From: Marsupella aquatica
Lineage: Eukaryota; Plantae; Marchantiophyta
Length of the DNA: 64,000 nt
Direction of reading: 5' to 3'
Assembly (NCBI GenBank): GCA_973895155.1
Contig: OZ316892.1
Location: 26,187,233-26,251,232 of the forward strand
Shown: positions 50,234 to 63,900 of the stretch, one piece after another
Layout of the letters: each line of letters opens with the position of its first letter
How positions within the stretch are numbered: the stretch's first letter is position 1
Translations under genes and position numbers: made by a program
Notes under the pieces: model-generated
The model's input: only the letters and a program-made list of their open reading frames with translations
What the model was told of the DNA's origin: nothing
Databases searched by the model: none

Positions 50234-53200
50234 CATGATGCAAAGCGCCGTAGCCCTAACCACAATTAAGCATGAGACTTCAATATGGTTATTGTTTTCA
50301 AACTACAGATAAGGAGCTTGCAGCAGCATCAAAGCACACAAGCGTAATAGTCGTGCCCCAGCCTCTCAGCATTTTAGAATAGGTTGTGGCTATAGTGCTC
50401 AAGATACATCAAAGATACACAATGCACATTGTATTCAATGTTCATAGTAAGAAAAATTAGAAGAAAAAATAGTGTCAACACCTGGCATCAAAGTCTGCCC
50501 AAATGGACAAAACTATATCATATTCAACATAGAAGTATCATTGATATGTATAGACAAGACATGTTGTACAACAATTAACGATTAGAAACCACATCAAGAA
50601 CTGAACATATTAATCTTAATTTCATGCGCCTACGCTCTGCTTCACCAAAAACCCTAAGCCATCATGTATACATGGATGTCCAGCTCTAAAAACTCTAGCT
50701 GCAGTGCTCACTATTGTGTTGTGGTTGCACGACACCTGGTTCATTTGACACCGTGGTATGTGTACACATTATTGTCAATGTATACAAGTTCTAACTGCAA
50801 TGCTCTGTGTGATGCTGCGGTAGCAAGGTGAATGGTTCATTTGACACTGTGGTCTATGTATCCATAGCTATTGATATATACAATGTCAATATACTACCTC
50901 ATTGGACACTGCAATCATAGTTGATCACATTTGACCATGCCATCGGACATCAAGATAGTAAAACATACTAGATTTTACAGTGTCATTCTTGTGTTTTAAG
51001 GATTGCACAATGCTTTAGTCAAACATCTGACACAAAATGGGACCTCTGATGGGCCCTGAGGTCTACTGGGCAAAGACATGCATGTTTTGATAGGTTAAGT
51101 AAAAAAAAAAGTAGCATTGGATGTCTGTTAAGTATATCTCTCTTCCTATCTAGGCTAATTTCTGCACATTTCCTATCATGGTAGAGAAAGGGCTTGTGAA
51201 TGATACAAACTAAATTTTAAAAAGTTTTAGTGATTTACAGGTTAATAGTAACTGTGCAGCTGATCTAACAGACATAATGTAAACCCTACAAGTCAAGTAC
51301 AATATTTTTACAAAGCACAGCCATATATGTCACCTGCCAAAAACACAAACGTAAGTACTGGTACCTAGATGAGTCACCCCTGAAAAATCATGTTAATCAC
51401 TTCAGGAAATCGGGAGGAAATGCAATTCCAGACAAAAAAGTATGAAAAAACCACTTAATTAAAGCTAAATGCTTTTGAAAACTTGTTTTCTATTCAAACA
51501 GGAAGCAAAACATAATTATATTCACTATATCAAGAAGATATTTTGGCTTTGAAAAATTAGAATAGCCACTCACAACCTCTAGGAACAAATTAAAATAACT
51601 TTTTGCGATCAGACATTGCGAAGGACCTGATCAAGTGCTTTTGGAAACCCTGGCCTTAATAAGAGAACTGTAGTCTTACCATTGGGCCTTGATCAAGCAA
51701 TAATTCATGCTAAGAATTTTCCACGTTTTATTTACACGTAGGATGCTCTCGAGTACTTTAATTGCATTGCATGTACAGCTCGCAGCCAGGAATGGTAGCT
51801 TCCATTATTACTGTAGAGCTACTATAATGTGACACTTTGGTCGCTTTCTTCTGTGGACAAGCTGTATCAAGGAGCACCGTACACTGCCGACTCAATTATG
51901 GAAGCTTAGCTACTTGAGGGTTAAGAAGGAATGATCTTCCCACCATTTCGTAGCTGCCTCAAGCCGTAGAAATGTAGAATCACATGTGTATTCTCACAAC
52001 AAAAATAGAGTATAGGGGCAAGAGGAAGGAATGTAGAATCACGCGTGCTTTTGCCACAATAAGAGTTATTATGCTTGCAGCTGGGGCCTAAAAGTAGGCC
52101 GTGGCTACTTTACATTGTGAGGATTGAATTCATGCAATTGTCATACAGCAATGCACCTTACTCGTGTTAGCACGAAAATGTAGGATGGAATCAATTCGAT
52201 TCTCCTACCCTAGTATAGCTTACTTCAATCCATTCATCTGTCATAGAAGAATGCTTGGTATCGCATGACAAATGAGGATTGAATCATTCTATTGTCATAC
52301 TGGAGTGCAGCGTACTGGGTACTAGTATAGAAAAGATGGAATCATTCAACTGCAACATACAGTAACACACAGCTGACTTCAATCTATTCAGTTGTCATAA
52401 AGTAATTGAGCTTACTGGATATTATCATGAAAAATGTACTGGTTCTAATTTTGGGTGCACTTCCTCGGCGATGCTTCCCACCGTGGTTTTTGGTGCTCAA
52501 TTGCATATGCTACTGTCTCCCTGGCCTCATCCAGCCCGTTATTTCTATATGTGAGATCTGTGGTTGGAGCCTCAAACTCATCTTCACCCGCGTGAGGCGT
52601 CTCCTAGCTGATTCCCACATGTTCCCATCTGGACGGACGCATGAAGATTATGTGTTGGTAGAGCTTTCACTGGATTTGGAAGGGTAAATCAGCCCATAAC
52701 AAGAATGTACCCATCCAAGCAGCCATGATGACTCGACTGACAGTTTTGTACTCATTCATTTTGAGTAAGGTCCCATTCTCCCCTAGAAATTCTAATTTGG
52801 AAATACTTAGAAGCAAACTAAATGCCTTCTTCGCAGGTGGGTAGAGCTTTCTGATCATCGTAAAAGGATTCCAGATGAGATTTGCCTCTGTTTGCGTTAT
52901 ATTTGGCAGGGAGGAATCCTACACGAAGGTTAGCTAGAGCTTCTCCCTGTATTATTTGGAAACCTGAATGATCGATCTTCAATACCAAATTCCAAGAACT
53001 GATGCGGTAAACTGGTAAACTGGTAAAGTGTACAAGAACTAGCAATGATGAAGTGATCGGGCTGATTTCCACGTACGAGTCCTTGTCAACATGCTTCAAG
53101 GATCTCGACAAAGTCCATTCAACTAATCACTACGGACAGGCAATTCTACCTATTTGTAGATTGACGCCATTAGCCAATGACCTTCATTAAATTCCTTAGA

Positions 53201-55920
53201 TCGAGATCAAGAGAGAGTAGATTCTCCACTTTCAAGTCTTTGTCAACATGACTCACGGTACCATAAAAAATCTAGGCACTGTGAATCGTGAACGGTAGTC
53301 TAGGCCGCTTAAACTCCTTGTCAACGTAACTCGACGATCGCAACAAAAATCCATTCAACTAATGACTCAGGACAGTCTAGGCAGTTCTGCCTAGTTGTAG
53401 ACTGGTGCCAGTAGCTGGTGATCGTGACTGTAGGGAGAATCTGCTTTCCGCCTCTCGATCTAATGATTTGCACTCTCAATCAGTCTTCGTCAACCTAACT
53501 CAAACACAGCACTCAAATGCAAACTTGTGAGCGACATTCAATCAAGGTAGCGTAAGTGTCCCCAGACTGAGGTGATCGCCTACTGCAGATCAAGGAGCAC
53601 AAGACAGTCTGAGGAGTGAGGGTCGTCACTGGTTCACAGTATGTGAATTTTTTCGAGCTCATACATACTCAGGCCAAGTTAGTCCTACATACTTCAAACA
53701 CTATAAATTGTATACGTCGAACGAGATTGAATTTTCGAGCTCATTCATACCCGGCCAAATTATTTGCGCATAACTCGTACACTAGAAATTGTATATGGGT
53801 ACGTCAAATGGAAAAGTAACACAGCTTCGATTTGTGTTCGAATTTTTAGTGTAGGAAGCAAATTCATCCAAGACTACCGTGGTTTATTGTCATGATTAAT
53901 GAGAGACCAGTGTGAGAGAGACCAGCGTGAGGAATATAATGACCTAGCCTGCTTAACAGTTCCTTGACCTAAATAGGATTCCATGCTATTTACTTGCTCA
54001 GCTTTGCCCCTATCCCTGTTACTTTAAGTCATGCCAAAAAGTTAGAGTCATGGTCCAGAGGCTAGGCCCCGGAGTAGCTGTTAATTGCCCTGTCTACTAG
54101 TTAGATGTATTTCAAAAGATATTAGGGACAAAAAAATTACCTTGAGGTGGTTTAAATTTTGGCCACAAAAACCATGTACACTTCACCATTCAGTCTTTAT
54201 TCATAGGACTCATCTTTATTCACCACTACCCAACTGCCCTGTAGGTTTGTGCAAACCTCTGTTAAAATTGCCACCATAAAGAATCAAGAATTACCAGTCA
54301 TCTTAAATTAACATTTGGGATGCCATTTCAATTTAGAAAGGAAGTCAGACTTGTCCATCAGCTCATTCTTGTATAACCTAGCTCATAAACCCATTTGCTC
54401 TTTGGCACAACCCTACCTAGTGTGTATCTCGTTTGTGAAATTATCTCACCCACTAGATTGGGAGCTTAATAGATCAGGCCATGTATTTCATGATTTTAAG
54501 GTCCTATCATTCAGCAGCTAGCAATTCAAACTTGGATCTTATTTAGGACACCAAAAATTTCAGCAAACTATCTGCCTCTTGTTGCATGATTATTTTGCTG
54601 CTAAGGAATAGTCCAGCATGGGTATCCGTATTTGTTGTGGGGTACCCAAACCCCTACAGGACATTCTGGGCTGCACACCCAGGAGAGTTAAACAATCCAT
54701 GATATCTAGGAGAGTTAAACAATCCATGATCCTGAAGACATAGATGATTTGTTTAGCTTAAGCTGCCAATCAAAATGCTTTCTAAAGGACATTGAATTAA
54801 AAATTTCATTATTCCTAGGCCAGGCTATACCATGCCTTTAAATAAGTTTGTTCACAGGGGAAAATAACGGATCACAAGGAAAAGTAAATGAAGCTTCAAC
54901 TTAGTGAACAGCAGAGCAGAGCTTGCGCATAAAAGCCTTGATAAGTGGGGAATTGTTTGCAGGGAAAAATGTGGGGTCACTGGGTGAAGTCATCCTTGTT
55001 TCTAATCCTTGTATCCTTCGATCATGTTACCTGGGTGGGATTATGGGGAAATTCATGATGACATCTTGCAGGTTCCCAGTCCCCCTTGCGCATCATGATC
55101 TGCCCTGCCTCTCCGAACAGCAAATTGAAAAGGCTAGGAAAATTCCAGAGTAAACTGTATATGAGAGGATCTATTGCAGAGGCCCTAAAGCAAATAACCT
55201 CAGCCTTCCTAAAATTTTGAAGCTGTTATATGGTGAATCCAGCTTTCACATTTTGTCTTATTCAAATTTTGTGTTTAATATTTTGATTTTAATGTGCCTT
55301 AATAAGGTGAATAATTTACATTAATTTAATTTTGAATTAACTTTTGGACCCCTTTTAATTTTAGTGCCAGAGTAGATGCTGAACTTCATATGAGACTGCT
55401 GTCACGGACTCTGTCCATTTGAGGAACCCTGCCGGTCCTTGCTCACTGGCAGGTTTTCTGGAGTGTGCCTCTCCCATTACACTGTCTAGTATTTAAATCA
55501 CTAGTTTATTTTCCTTGTGCTTAGATTTCCACTAGCCATGTAAAAGGGGAAGTGTCCAAGACCTTAACCCTTTTTCACTTTCTTCTCATTCTTCTCCTTT
55601 CCCTTTCCATATTGCTCCACAAATTCAAGAAATGATACTATTTATGAACATGCTATATGGTGAAACTAGGTTTTTGTCATGGCTAACGGTGGTTCAGGTC
55701 TTGCTTCTCTTCTTGTTCTGGCCTCTCCGGTTTCCGGTTTGATTTGGGCTGCACCACAACCTCCAGTCAAACAGGGGTGCCCACTCCACTTTGTGGGGCA
55801 CCCATGTTGTATGCTGGTATTTTGAATGAATTTCAATTGATTGTTTCGAGTAAGAGTCCTTGTCAACGTCGTTACGATCGCAACACAATCCATTGGAGTA
55901 TTGGAATAGAGTCATTGCCG

Positions 55921-55924
<4 letters not shown>

Positions 55925-55954
<30 letters not shown>
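55925..55954. repeat. (AG)15 microsatellite
   Basis: Read directly from the sequence. Confidence 0.95.
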
Positions 55955-55956
<2 letters not shown>

Positions 55957-56552
55957 TAAATCTATCGTACCAATAATATATATATTCCACATCGAGCCCT
56001 ATGGGAGGGGCCAAGGACGGAAAGTACGGAACTCGAGTGCGAATGATATCTTTCGAAGACTCGCAAACGATATCAATCCTTACAGGGGGAATCGGTCTCC
56101 TATTTCAAGGCTGGAGCGAAACGACATTATAGAGTGTATACACAGAAATCAGATCTCCACGGATCGAGAATCCTGAGCTTCCCAGCCAAGTAGCTCGTGA
56201 AACACTGGTCGGTGAGCCTCCTTGCCAGTAGCAACGCTTCAATGGCATAAGCAGATTCGAGATCTGATCTAGCTTTCAATTCAGTCACACGATGATCTAG
56301 TTAGGTACGTCGTGCATGTGTGTATTCTTGAAGAATTATAGAACCCACCTCAGGTGACGGAGCTTAAGTCCCTTCAATCAAATGTGGAAATGTCTAGAGC
56401 GAAATGACTAGAGTTTCTAATGACTGTTGTTTGTCATGAGCCAGACTGAAAATTCGCACAGGAGATGGGCAGACGAAGGGAAGCTAAGAGGAACAACTAG
56501 AAGAGCAAACCGCAATGTCTTCTCGAACTCACTGAGAACAGTCTCTCTCTCC

Positions 56553-57931
56553 ATGGATCGAGAGTTGCTAGGCCCGGACCATGCCACTCCTGTCTTCTCT
56601 TACCCTTACTAGCTGGATGATCAACTTCTAGAGACGACTGAAAAGTCAGTAGGAGATGGACGACCTGGAGATTAAAGAGTCATTTTCAAATTGCGTAGGG
56701 GCGGTGGAACAGGAGATTGAGGTGCTCGTGAAAGCGCAGGAAATAGCTGTCCAGTCACGGGAAAACTTACCAAAAGAAATATCGCAACGAGAAGCCGAAA
56801 GGCATATTTTGGAATTAACCTTGGCCCTCGCGCTCAAGAAAATAAACGAGAATAAAATTTTGTGTGAGGACAAGAATGCGTTAGAGCTCCTTGTTCGCAA
56901 AAAGGAAGCATCGAAGCATGCAATGAGACTAAAGTTTCAGGCCGAGAAGGACAAATGGAACGACCTCTCGAATGTTCGTGCAGTGAATTTGGCCGGTAAA
57001 TTAAAGAAGATGGAGTCGGAGATGAAAGGAAAGTTACTGGAGAAGGAGGTTTTGATGGATTATATGCAAAAGAAAAACGAGGCGGACAGGCTACAGCTGA
57101 AAGAAGCACACAAAGGTGGTGACTCCCCTATGACGCATGACAGATACTCATTAGTGATCGGCTTGCTCAAGTGTCTCAAAGTTGTATTATTGTAGGAGGA
57201 AGGCTTCGCATAGTATCTGACTTCTGACTTTTACGTGATGCTCCTTATTCCAGAGCTCAATGCATTGAAACTGGAAGTTCAACGGCTTACTAGACCGCAA
57301 GCAGAAGGTCGTCATGAGCCATTTTCGACAGAAGTTCTCGAATGCAAACCGAATGTGAGTTACGTACCAACGGCAGTAGCACAAGAAATTCAGCAGGTAA
57401 GGCAGACTTTTTGTATGATGTTGAAGTCATTGATTAACCTACGCCCGATCGAGAGAATTATAATCAATAAGATAAGAAGATACGTTTTGATTATCCGTGC
57501 TGTTTCGATGTGCGCAGTATTCATGCAGCACTTTATTTTCTGATTGTTGTGCCATGATCCGTTCTCTTTGCTAGCTCCCACAGGCTAGAAGAATTAGCTT
57601 GAGAGACAACTGGCCAAATGTGGCAGCGGATCATGTTCCGGTGAAGCCGCAGGGTAGCAAGGAATCTGTTCTTGGGCACGAAGCAAGAAAAATTAAAAAA
57701 CAAAGGAGTAACCTTGTTGACAAGAATCTCGAGGCAAATGTTTCTCCGCACCGCTGGCATGTGCCCCTGAGGCTCGTTGAGACGCGATATACTCGAAGAA
57801 CGCTGCAAACACAATCGAGCCCTCCGCAGAACTACCTAGCAAGAACAGTCTGCATAGCTGACCCTCGAAGAACTGCAAACACAATCGAGCCCTCCGCAGA
57901 ACTACCTAGCAAGAACAGTCTGTATAGCTGA
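56553..57931 (+). pseudogene. Coiled-coil family copy B; 5' part disrupted, open from ATG 56656 (exons to 57118, 57254-57396, 57584-57931)
   Basis: EIEVLVKAQEIAVQSRENLPKEISQREAERHILELTL is homologous to copy A. The ancestral ATG at 56553 is followed by frameshifts and a stop. It could still encode an N-truncated protein. Confidence 0.65.
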
Positions 57932-58073
57932 CCGGGCCAAAAAGTGTCGGGCATGTCCTGTGACGGAATGCCCCTGAACTTACTTACTTTAGAGCTGCCT
58001 CACCAAGCAATTTTGTTGTGACGGAATGCCCCTGAACTTACTTACTTTAGAGCTGCCTCACCAAGCAATTTTG
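57792..58073. repeat. Two adjacent recent tandem duplications (~72 bp x2 and ~58 bp x2)
   Basis: CTCGAAGAAC...CTGACC at 57792 and 57864; TGTGACGGAATGCCCCTGAAC...GCAATTTTG twice from 57960. Confidence 0.9.
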
Positions 58074-59359
58074 AACCTACGTCAGCCGGGTTGAATCAAA
58101 TTCAGCCTCCGATCTACTGGGATTTTTTATGGAGGAGTTGCAGCGAAAGGTCCATTGACAAAAGAGGCTGACATTTGTCATTCTCGTCCAGGTACTAGCT
58201 ACAGTCGGTACTATAGTACTGACAAGAATTAGCGTAAACCTACAGAGCAACGGATATACATCGCAAACAGAAAGGTGTAGTGGAATAACGAAGAGAGAGT
58301 CGATCTGAGCGGGAAAGGATATGAGATATCTGTTTCTTTTCCCAACTGGCAACTTTCTTCAGTCCTTTCATGGATGTCTGCATCTAAAGGATCTTTGAGC
58401 GTGCATGCGCCCATGTTTTGTATAAATTGCCCACACAGTTGTTGGTTTGAAAATTTCTTCACCTTCAAGAGCTTTGCGTTACTGTGCATTCTTTGAATTT
58501 TCACGAGATTCAATTATAATGCTCTTGTTGGAGATTTCCTACGTCGGCCGTAGAATCTAAGACCAGACAAGTTCCCTTCAGTCAGTTGATAGGATTACAA
58601 TTAAAAAGACCATTGTCTCCCTCAGATCCACACTGGGGTCACGAAAATATGTCTCGGCTGTCTTTCATGACGAATCTTGGCTTGAGTGTTCCGTCACTCA
58701 ATATATTTATTCAATGGTGGGCGACTCAGCATGAGTTTCTTTTGTACAAATTGTCGAAGCTTTGTCTAGCTACGAGCTGGAGTGAGTTTCTGGATAATTA
58801 TATCCAACTTTCTCTCAAGGGGAGCATGAACGTAACGCTTGCTAACTTGTAGGTTGATTATTTCGATAGCTTCTCGTTAATACCTGTCTTACAGATTCAT
58901 TTGTTCCTATCTCAAGAAATATGAGAGAGTGCCGTCTTCCCCGAAAATAGCACTGTCGTGTTCGAAGTTTCAAATGCTATTTCTTCAAAGCTCTGTCCGA
59001 ATTTCAAATAGAAACCCACTTTGCATACAAATCCTCACAATATATGGTACCATCGTTTTCAATTCGAAGATTATATACGAATACAAATCATTGTTCCAAC
59101 GCGAACATCACATCTCGAATGTCAGGTCTAGACGAAAGCTCAGAAAATACATAACTATTTGTGTGTGATAGAAGACAAGGAAAAACATTTGAAGAGAAAA
59201 TTTAAATATAGAAATGATCCAAGATTAAAATTTATCTAGACATTAACTTCAATGATCATGAAAGTACAAACAATTCAGAATTAGGGGAAAAAAGGATGAG
59301 CTATAATGGTTTTACCATCAACTGGCCCCAAGCGAGGCCATACAGGTTGCGAATACCAG

Positions 59360-59564
59360 GAGCTATAATGGAGAAGGGAGAGGCCTCCCAAGAGAAAAGG
59401 GGGAGAAGAGGCAAGGAGGAGGAGAAGAGTTGTCACCCCCCCACCTAGGGTTGTGTAAATGTGAGCTATAATGGAGAAGGGAGAGGCCGCCCAAGAGAAA
59501 AGGGGGAGAAGAGGCAAGGAGGAGGAGAAGAGTTGTCACCCCCCACCTTGGGTTGTGTAAATGT
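59360..59564. repeat. 103-bp purine-rich tandem repeat x2
   Basis: GAGCTATAATGGAGAAGGGAGAGG at 59360 and 59463. Confidence 0.9.
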
Positions 59565-59619
59565 GTATGCTTGTGTTGTTCTCACCTATCTCTTTTATCA
59601 TTTTTGTGTAAATATTTTT

Positions 59620-60091
59620 TTGACATTTTTTTTAGTTGACATCTTTTCCTAACTTTAACATCATTTTCTTGCTTTGACATCTTTTAATCATCTGAACATC
59701 TTTTCTCCCTCGACTGCTTTTGCACTCCTCAACATCATTTCGTCTCCTTGACATTTTTTTTCACCTCAACATTTTATCTTTTTCTCATCTCGTCATCTTT
59801 CTTCACCTTAATATCCTTTTCTCTCCTTGACATCTTTTTCTTACCTTAAACATCTTTTTTTCACCTTGTCATCTCTTCTCTCCTCAACATCTTTTTTCAT
59901 CTCGATTTCTTTTATCTCATCTCAACATATTTTTCTCATCTTGACATCTTTATCTCATCACAAAATATTTTTCTCTTCTCGACATCTTTTCTTCGCCTTA
60001 ACATCTTATTCATCTCAATCTACTTCTTTTCCTCACCTTCACATCTTTCTTCACCTTAACATCTTTGTGCAACTCACAGGCATGGGGCTAG
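59620..60091 (+). mobile_element. Helitron 3' portion, same family as 8735-9631
   Basis: CT-rich ACATCTTTT repeats ending CACCTTAACATCTTTGTGCAACTCACAGGCATGGGGCTAG|T; 5' end unresolved. Confidence 0.7.
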
Positions 60092-61401
60092 TCAGACCAT
60101 ATTTAACATGATTTTAAGTTCCCATCATTCAGCAAGTAACAATTAAAAGTTGGAAATAATACACCAAAATTAAAAGCAAATTAACTACCTGCCTTGTTTG
60201 CATATAGGAAGAGGGTTCTTTGGATGGAGAGATTGGCCTCTTGTTGCATTATTTGCGCTCCAGGAATAATCCTCCATTGGTATCCGCATTTGATTTGGGG
60301 TAGCCCAACCCCAGCAGGAGGTTGTGGGCTGGGATGCATTTTAGATCGAGCTTAAGCCCCCAATATGAAAAGCTTTCTTAAGGATGTTGAATTCAAACCT
60401 TCATTATTGCTCGGCTCTACCATAACTTTAATCCATTTGTAGATAGGGGAAATAATGGATCACAAAAGAAAGTGAGTGGAACAGCATGCTTCAAGTTAAT
60501 GGATAGCAGATTAGAAACTTAGAAGAAATTATGAGGCCAGAGGGTAAAGTAATCCTTGTTCTTATTGGAAGATCGTAACATATTCAGACTTGTATGTGGA
60601 ATTTACAGACGAGGGCCCTCTTTTCACCGGACCCTATTGGAAGCAAAATAATGTGCTGCTCCCAAAACTTGTCCAGCAACTGCTATGAAGAACTGATGAA
60701 CCTGCCCTGCCCATAATCACACATCAAAATGTGTTAATATAATCAAAATATTGTAATCTATAAATGTGCACTCATTGATTTAAGTAAAATAATAAGGATT
60801 ATTATGATATGGAATAATCTCATACACCCTATTAACTCCTATAATACAAGGTCCCACCTATTTTTGCAGTTGTAGTCCTTTACACTTGCAGTGCCAAATG
60901 TTTCCTTTTGGAAGGAACCAAAGCGAGAAACCACAAAAATCTGGGAAAAGAGACACTCGGGGGAGAAAATGGAGGGGGGAGTATCAAGGAGGATTTGTCT
61001 CGAGCTGCTCTTGAATTGAGGCACTGGTTGGTGAGCCTCCCTGCCAGTGGCAACAGCTTTCAATGGTATCCGGTACATTCGAGACCTGATCTAACTTTCA
61101 ATTCAGTCACATGATGATCGAGTCACCTGATCGGATTCATTCAAGAAATTTTGAGACTTCGTGCATGTGTATCAATTCTTGAACAATTATGGAACTCACT
61201 ACATGTGACCACGAAGCTTAAGTCCCTTCGATCAAGTAAGGAAATGTCTAGAGTGGAGGAGTTGTGCCGCTAATGAACGTTGTTTGTATGCACCAGACTG
61301 AAAATTAGCACTGGAGATAAGCAGCAAGGGAAGAGGAGCAACTGGAAGAGCACACAGCATTAATCGTCTTCTCAATCTCACCGAGAACAGTCTCTCTCTC
61401 C

Positions 61402-62315
61402 ATGGCTCCAGAGTTCCGAGGTCCGGACAAGTCTTGTCTTCTCTTACACTTACTGAAAGATGAGCTTCTAGGAGACAATGATTTGGAGACGATTGAAAAC
61501 TGGAAGATGGATAACCTGGAGAATCAAGTGTCAGTTTCAAATCACATGTGGGCGCTGGAAAAGGAGATTCAGTGCTCATGGTAGCGAAGGCATTAGCTCT
61601 CCAGTCACGGGAGAACTTACAAAGAGAAATTACTCGAAGAGAAGCAGAAAGGAATACGTTGGAGCTGACCTTGTTAAAAGCCGTTGCGTTCAAGAAAATG
61701 AACGAGATTGACGTTTTGCGGCAGGAAAGAAAAGAGGTAGAGCGCCTTGTTGACGAACAGCAACAGTCGAAGATTCGAATGGAACGAAAATTCTTGAACG
61801 AGATTAAATTTTTGCAGGAGGAAAACCAATTTGATTTTCGTTCCCATATTGTAATAATGAGGCGTTCGAATCTACAGCACAAAACCGAGAAGGACGAATG
61901 GAATGACTCGAATGTTCGTGCAATCAATTTGGCCAGTACTAAATTCAAGGAGATGGAGTCGGAGGTGAAACGAGAATTGCTGGAGAAGGAGTTATTGATG
62001 GATCTTACTCGAAAAAGAGACGAGGCGGACAGGTTACAGCTGAAAGAAGCACACAAACTTGGTAATCGCCTGTGGTATATGACCGATGCTCATTGGCTTG
62101 CTCAAGTGCCTTAATGTTGAATTGTTATAGGACGGAGGCTTTGCATGGTGTCTGACGTCTGACTTTTACGTGATGCCATTTATTCCAGAGTGCGATGCAC
62201 TGAAATCGGAAATTCAGGGGCTTCGAGCGCAAGCAGAAGGTCATGCAAAGGCGGTACCTTTGGACCAGTCCTATATTCAAGGAGAAGGAGTCGATAATGG
62301 ATCTTACTGAGAAAC
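61402..62315 (+). pseudogene. Coiled-coil family copy C, frameshifted at ~61570 with the last exon lost
   Basis: MAPEFRGPDKSCLLL...ALEKEI then shifts into VLMVAKALALQSRENLQREITRREAERNTLELTLLKAVAFKKM. Exon 2 remnant is followed by a misplaced copy of exon-1 sequence (GGAGAAGGAGT..ATGGATCTTACT at ~62281). Confidence 0.75.
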
Positions 62316-63564
62316 CTGGTGGATGCACGTTTTTGAGGACAGTGGCAGTTTGAAATGAGGCCATGATCAGCGAAACGAGGATCAGGGGAACTCCCAGTGG
62401 TCGTGATCGAAATTATTTTGTAGCTGACTCGCGAATTTTGAACCTACTTCAGCCGTGGTGAATCCAATTCAGTCCTCCAATCTACTGGAAGGCTTGTACA
62501 TGAAATTTGGATAGATGCAGGTAGAGAGGTTGCAGCGAAAGGTCCATCCACGAAAAACTGCATGTCTTACCATTGTCAATCTCTCCTAGGTATTACGGTG
62601 CGGTACTACTGAACAGGAATTAGGGTAAACCGATATAGCACAGCCATATGAAGCGAAAATCATGGATATACTTTGGGAACATAAAGGTCTACAGGAAGAA
62701 CGATGAGAAAGTATGAGAGAAAGGATACGAGCTAATCTATTTGTTTTCCCAATTGTTAAACTTTCTTCAGTCCTTTCATGGATGCATCTAAAGGAGCTTT
62801 GAGCTTTCATCCGCGGAACTTGCTTCCACCACATTTTGTTAAAATAGCCTAGACAATTGTTAGTTTGGAAATTGCTTCACTTTCAACAGATTTGTGTTAC
62901 ATTGCCTTCTTTGAATGTCCACTAGATTCACTCACAATGCTCTATTTGGAAATGTCTAGGTTGGCCGTAGAATATAGAGACCACTTCCCTAGCTTCAGTC
63001 AATCGATACGATTACAATCCGAACATCGTTATTTGCCTCCGACGCACACTGGGCACGAAAATATCTCAGTGCAAATGTTGAGCGGCCTTTCATGAAGAAG
63101 CTTGGATTGAGTGCTTCCCTACATATGTCATCGAATAGTGAGTGACTCAGCATGAGTTTCTTGGTATGACCATTCGAAGCTCTTTCTATGTGCTGGAGTG
63201 AGTTTCTGTATCTAGTTTTCTCTCAAGGCGAGCATGAACACAACACTCCCTATCTTGTAGGTTGAACGTCCTTTGAGTTATGCCGTCTTCGCAGAAAATA
63301 GCACTATCGTGCTCTATGAATTTTGAGTTAACTTCAAATTAATGTTGTCTTTCTTCAAAGCTGCCTCCGCATTTCAAATAAAGTACTCGCAACTATGTAT
63401 GCATACAAGAGTCCGTGATACATAGCACCATGGTTTTCTCAGTTCGAAGATTACACAAACACATAACATCGTGGTGCAACTCGAACATCACATCTCGAAT
63501 ATCATGTCGAGCAATAATTGTTATGACTGAATAATGGCGGGTTAAGGCTAGCCGGTAGCTGGGC

Positions 63565-63900
63565 CACTAGTGACTTGCCATATTGCCACATTGTAACAAA
63601 AGTTTAATAGAAACCCAGTGACTTGCCATATTGCCACATTGCGGGGGGAGGGGGCGCCTAACTTGTAACAAAAGTTTAATAGAAACCTGTGAGACAAGGG
63701 TCCTATCAAGCATATATCGCTTGTTCTTGTTGTCATAGACAAACCCTGTTATTATAGACAAACCCAATATCAAGACTAATCCATGTTCTAATTCTGCGAG
63801 ATGGACTCATTAATGAGATCATGTTGTTGTCGACAAAACCAATATCAAGACTAATCCATGTTATGATTCTGCGAGATGGACTAATTAATGAGATCATGGC
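63565..63900. repeat. Cluster of short direct repeats, probably a TE terminus/subterminal region
   Basis: AGTGACTTGCCATATTGCCACATTG x2, TTGTAACAAAAGTTTAATAGAAACC x2, CCAATATCAAGACTAATCCATGTT...TAATGAGATCATG x2. Confidence 0.7.

Larger units (their letters stand above)
54476..63505 (+). repeat. Old tandem segmental duplication (~54476-59125 vs ~60092-63505) carrying coiled-coil copies B and C
   Basis: Collinear shared blocks: CATGATTTTAAG..ATCATTCAGCA, GGTATCCG.ATTTG, CTGATCTA.CTTTCAATTCAGTCACA, CTTCAGTCCTTTCATGGATG, GACTCAGCATGAGTTTCTT, CGAACATCACATCTCGAAT. Confidence 0.85.
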
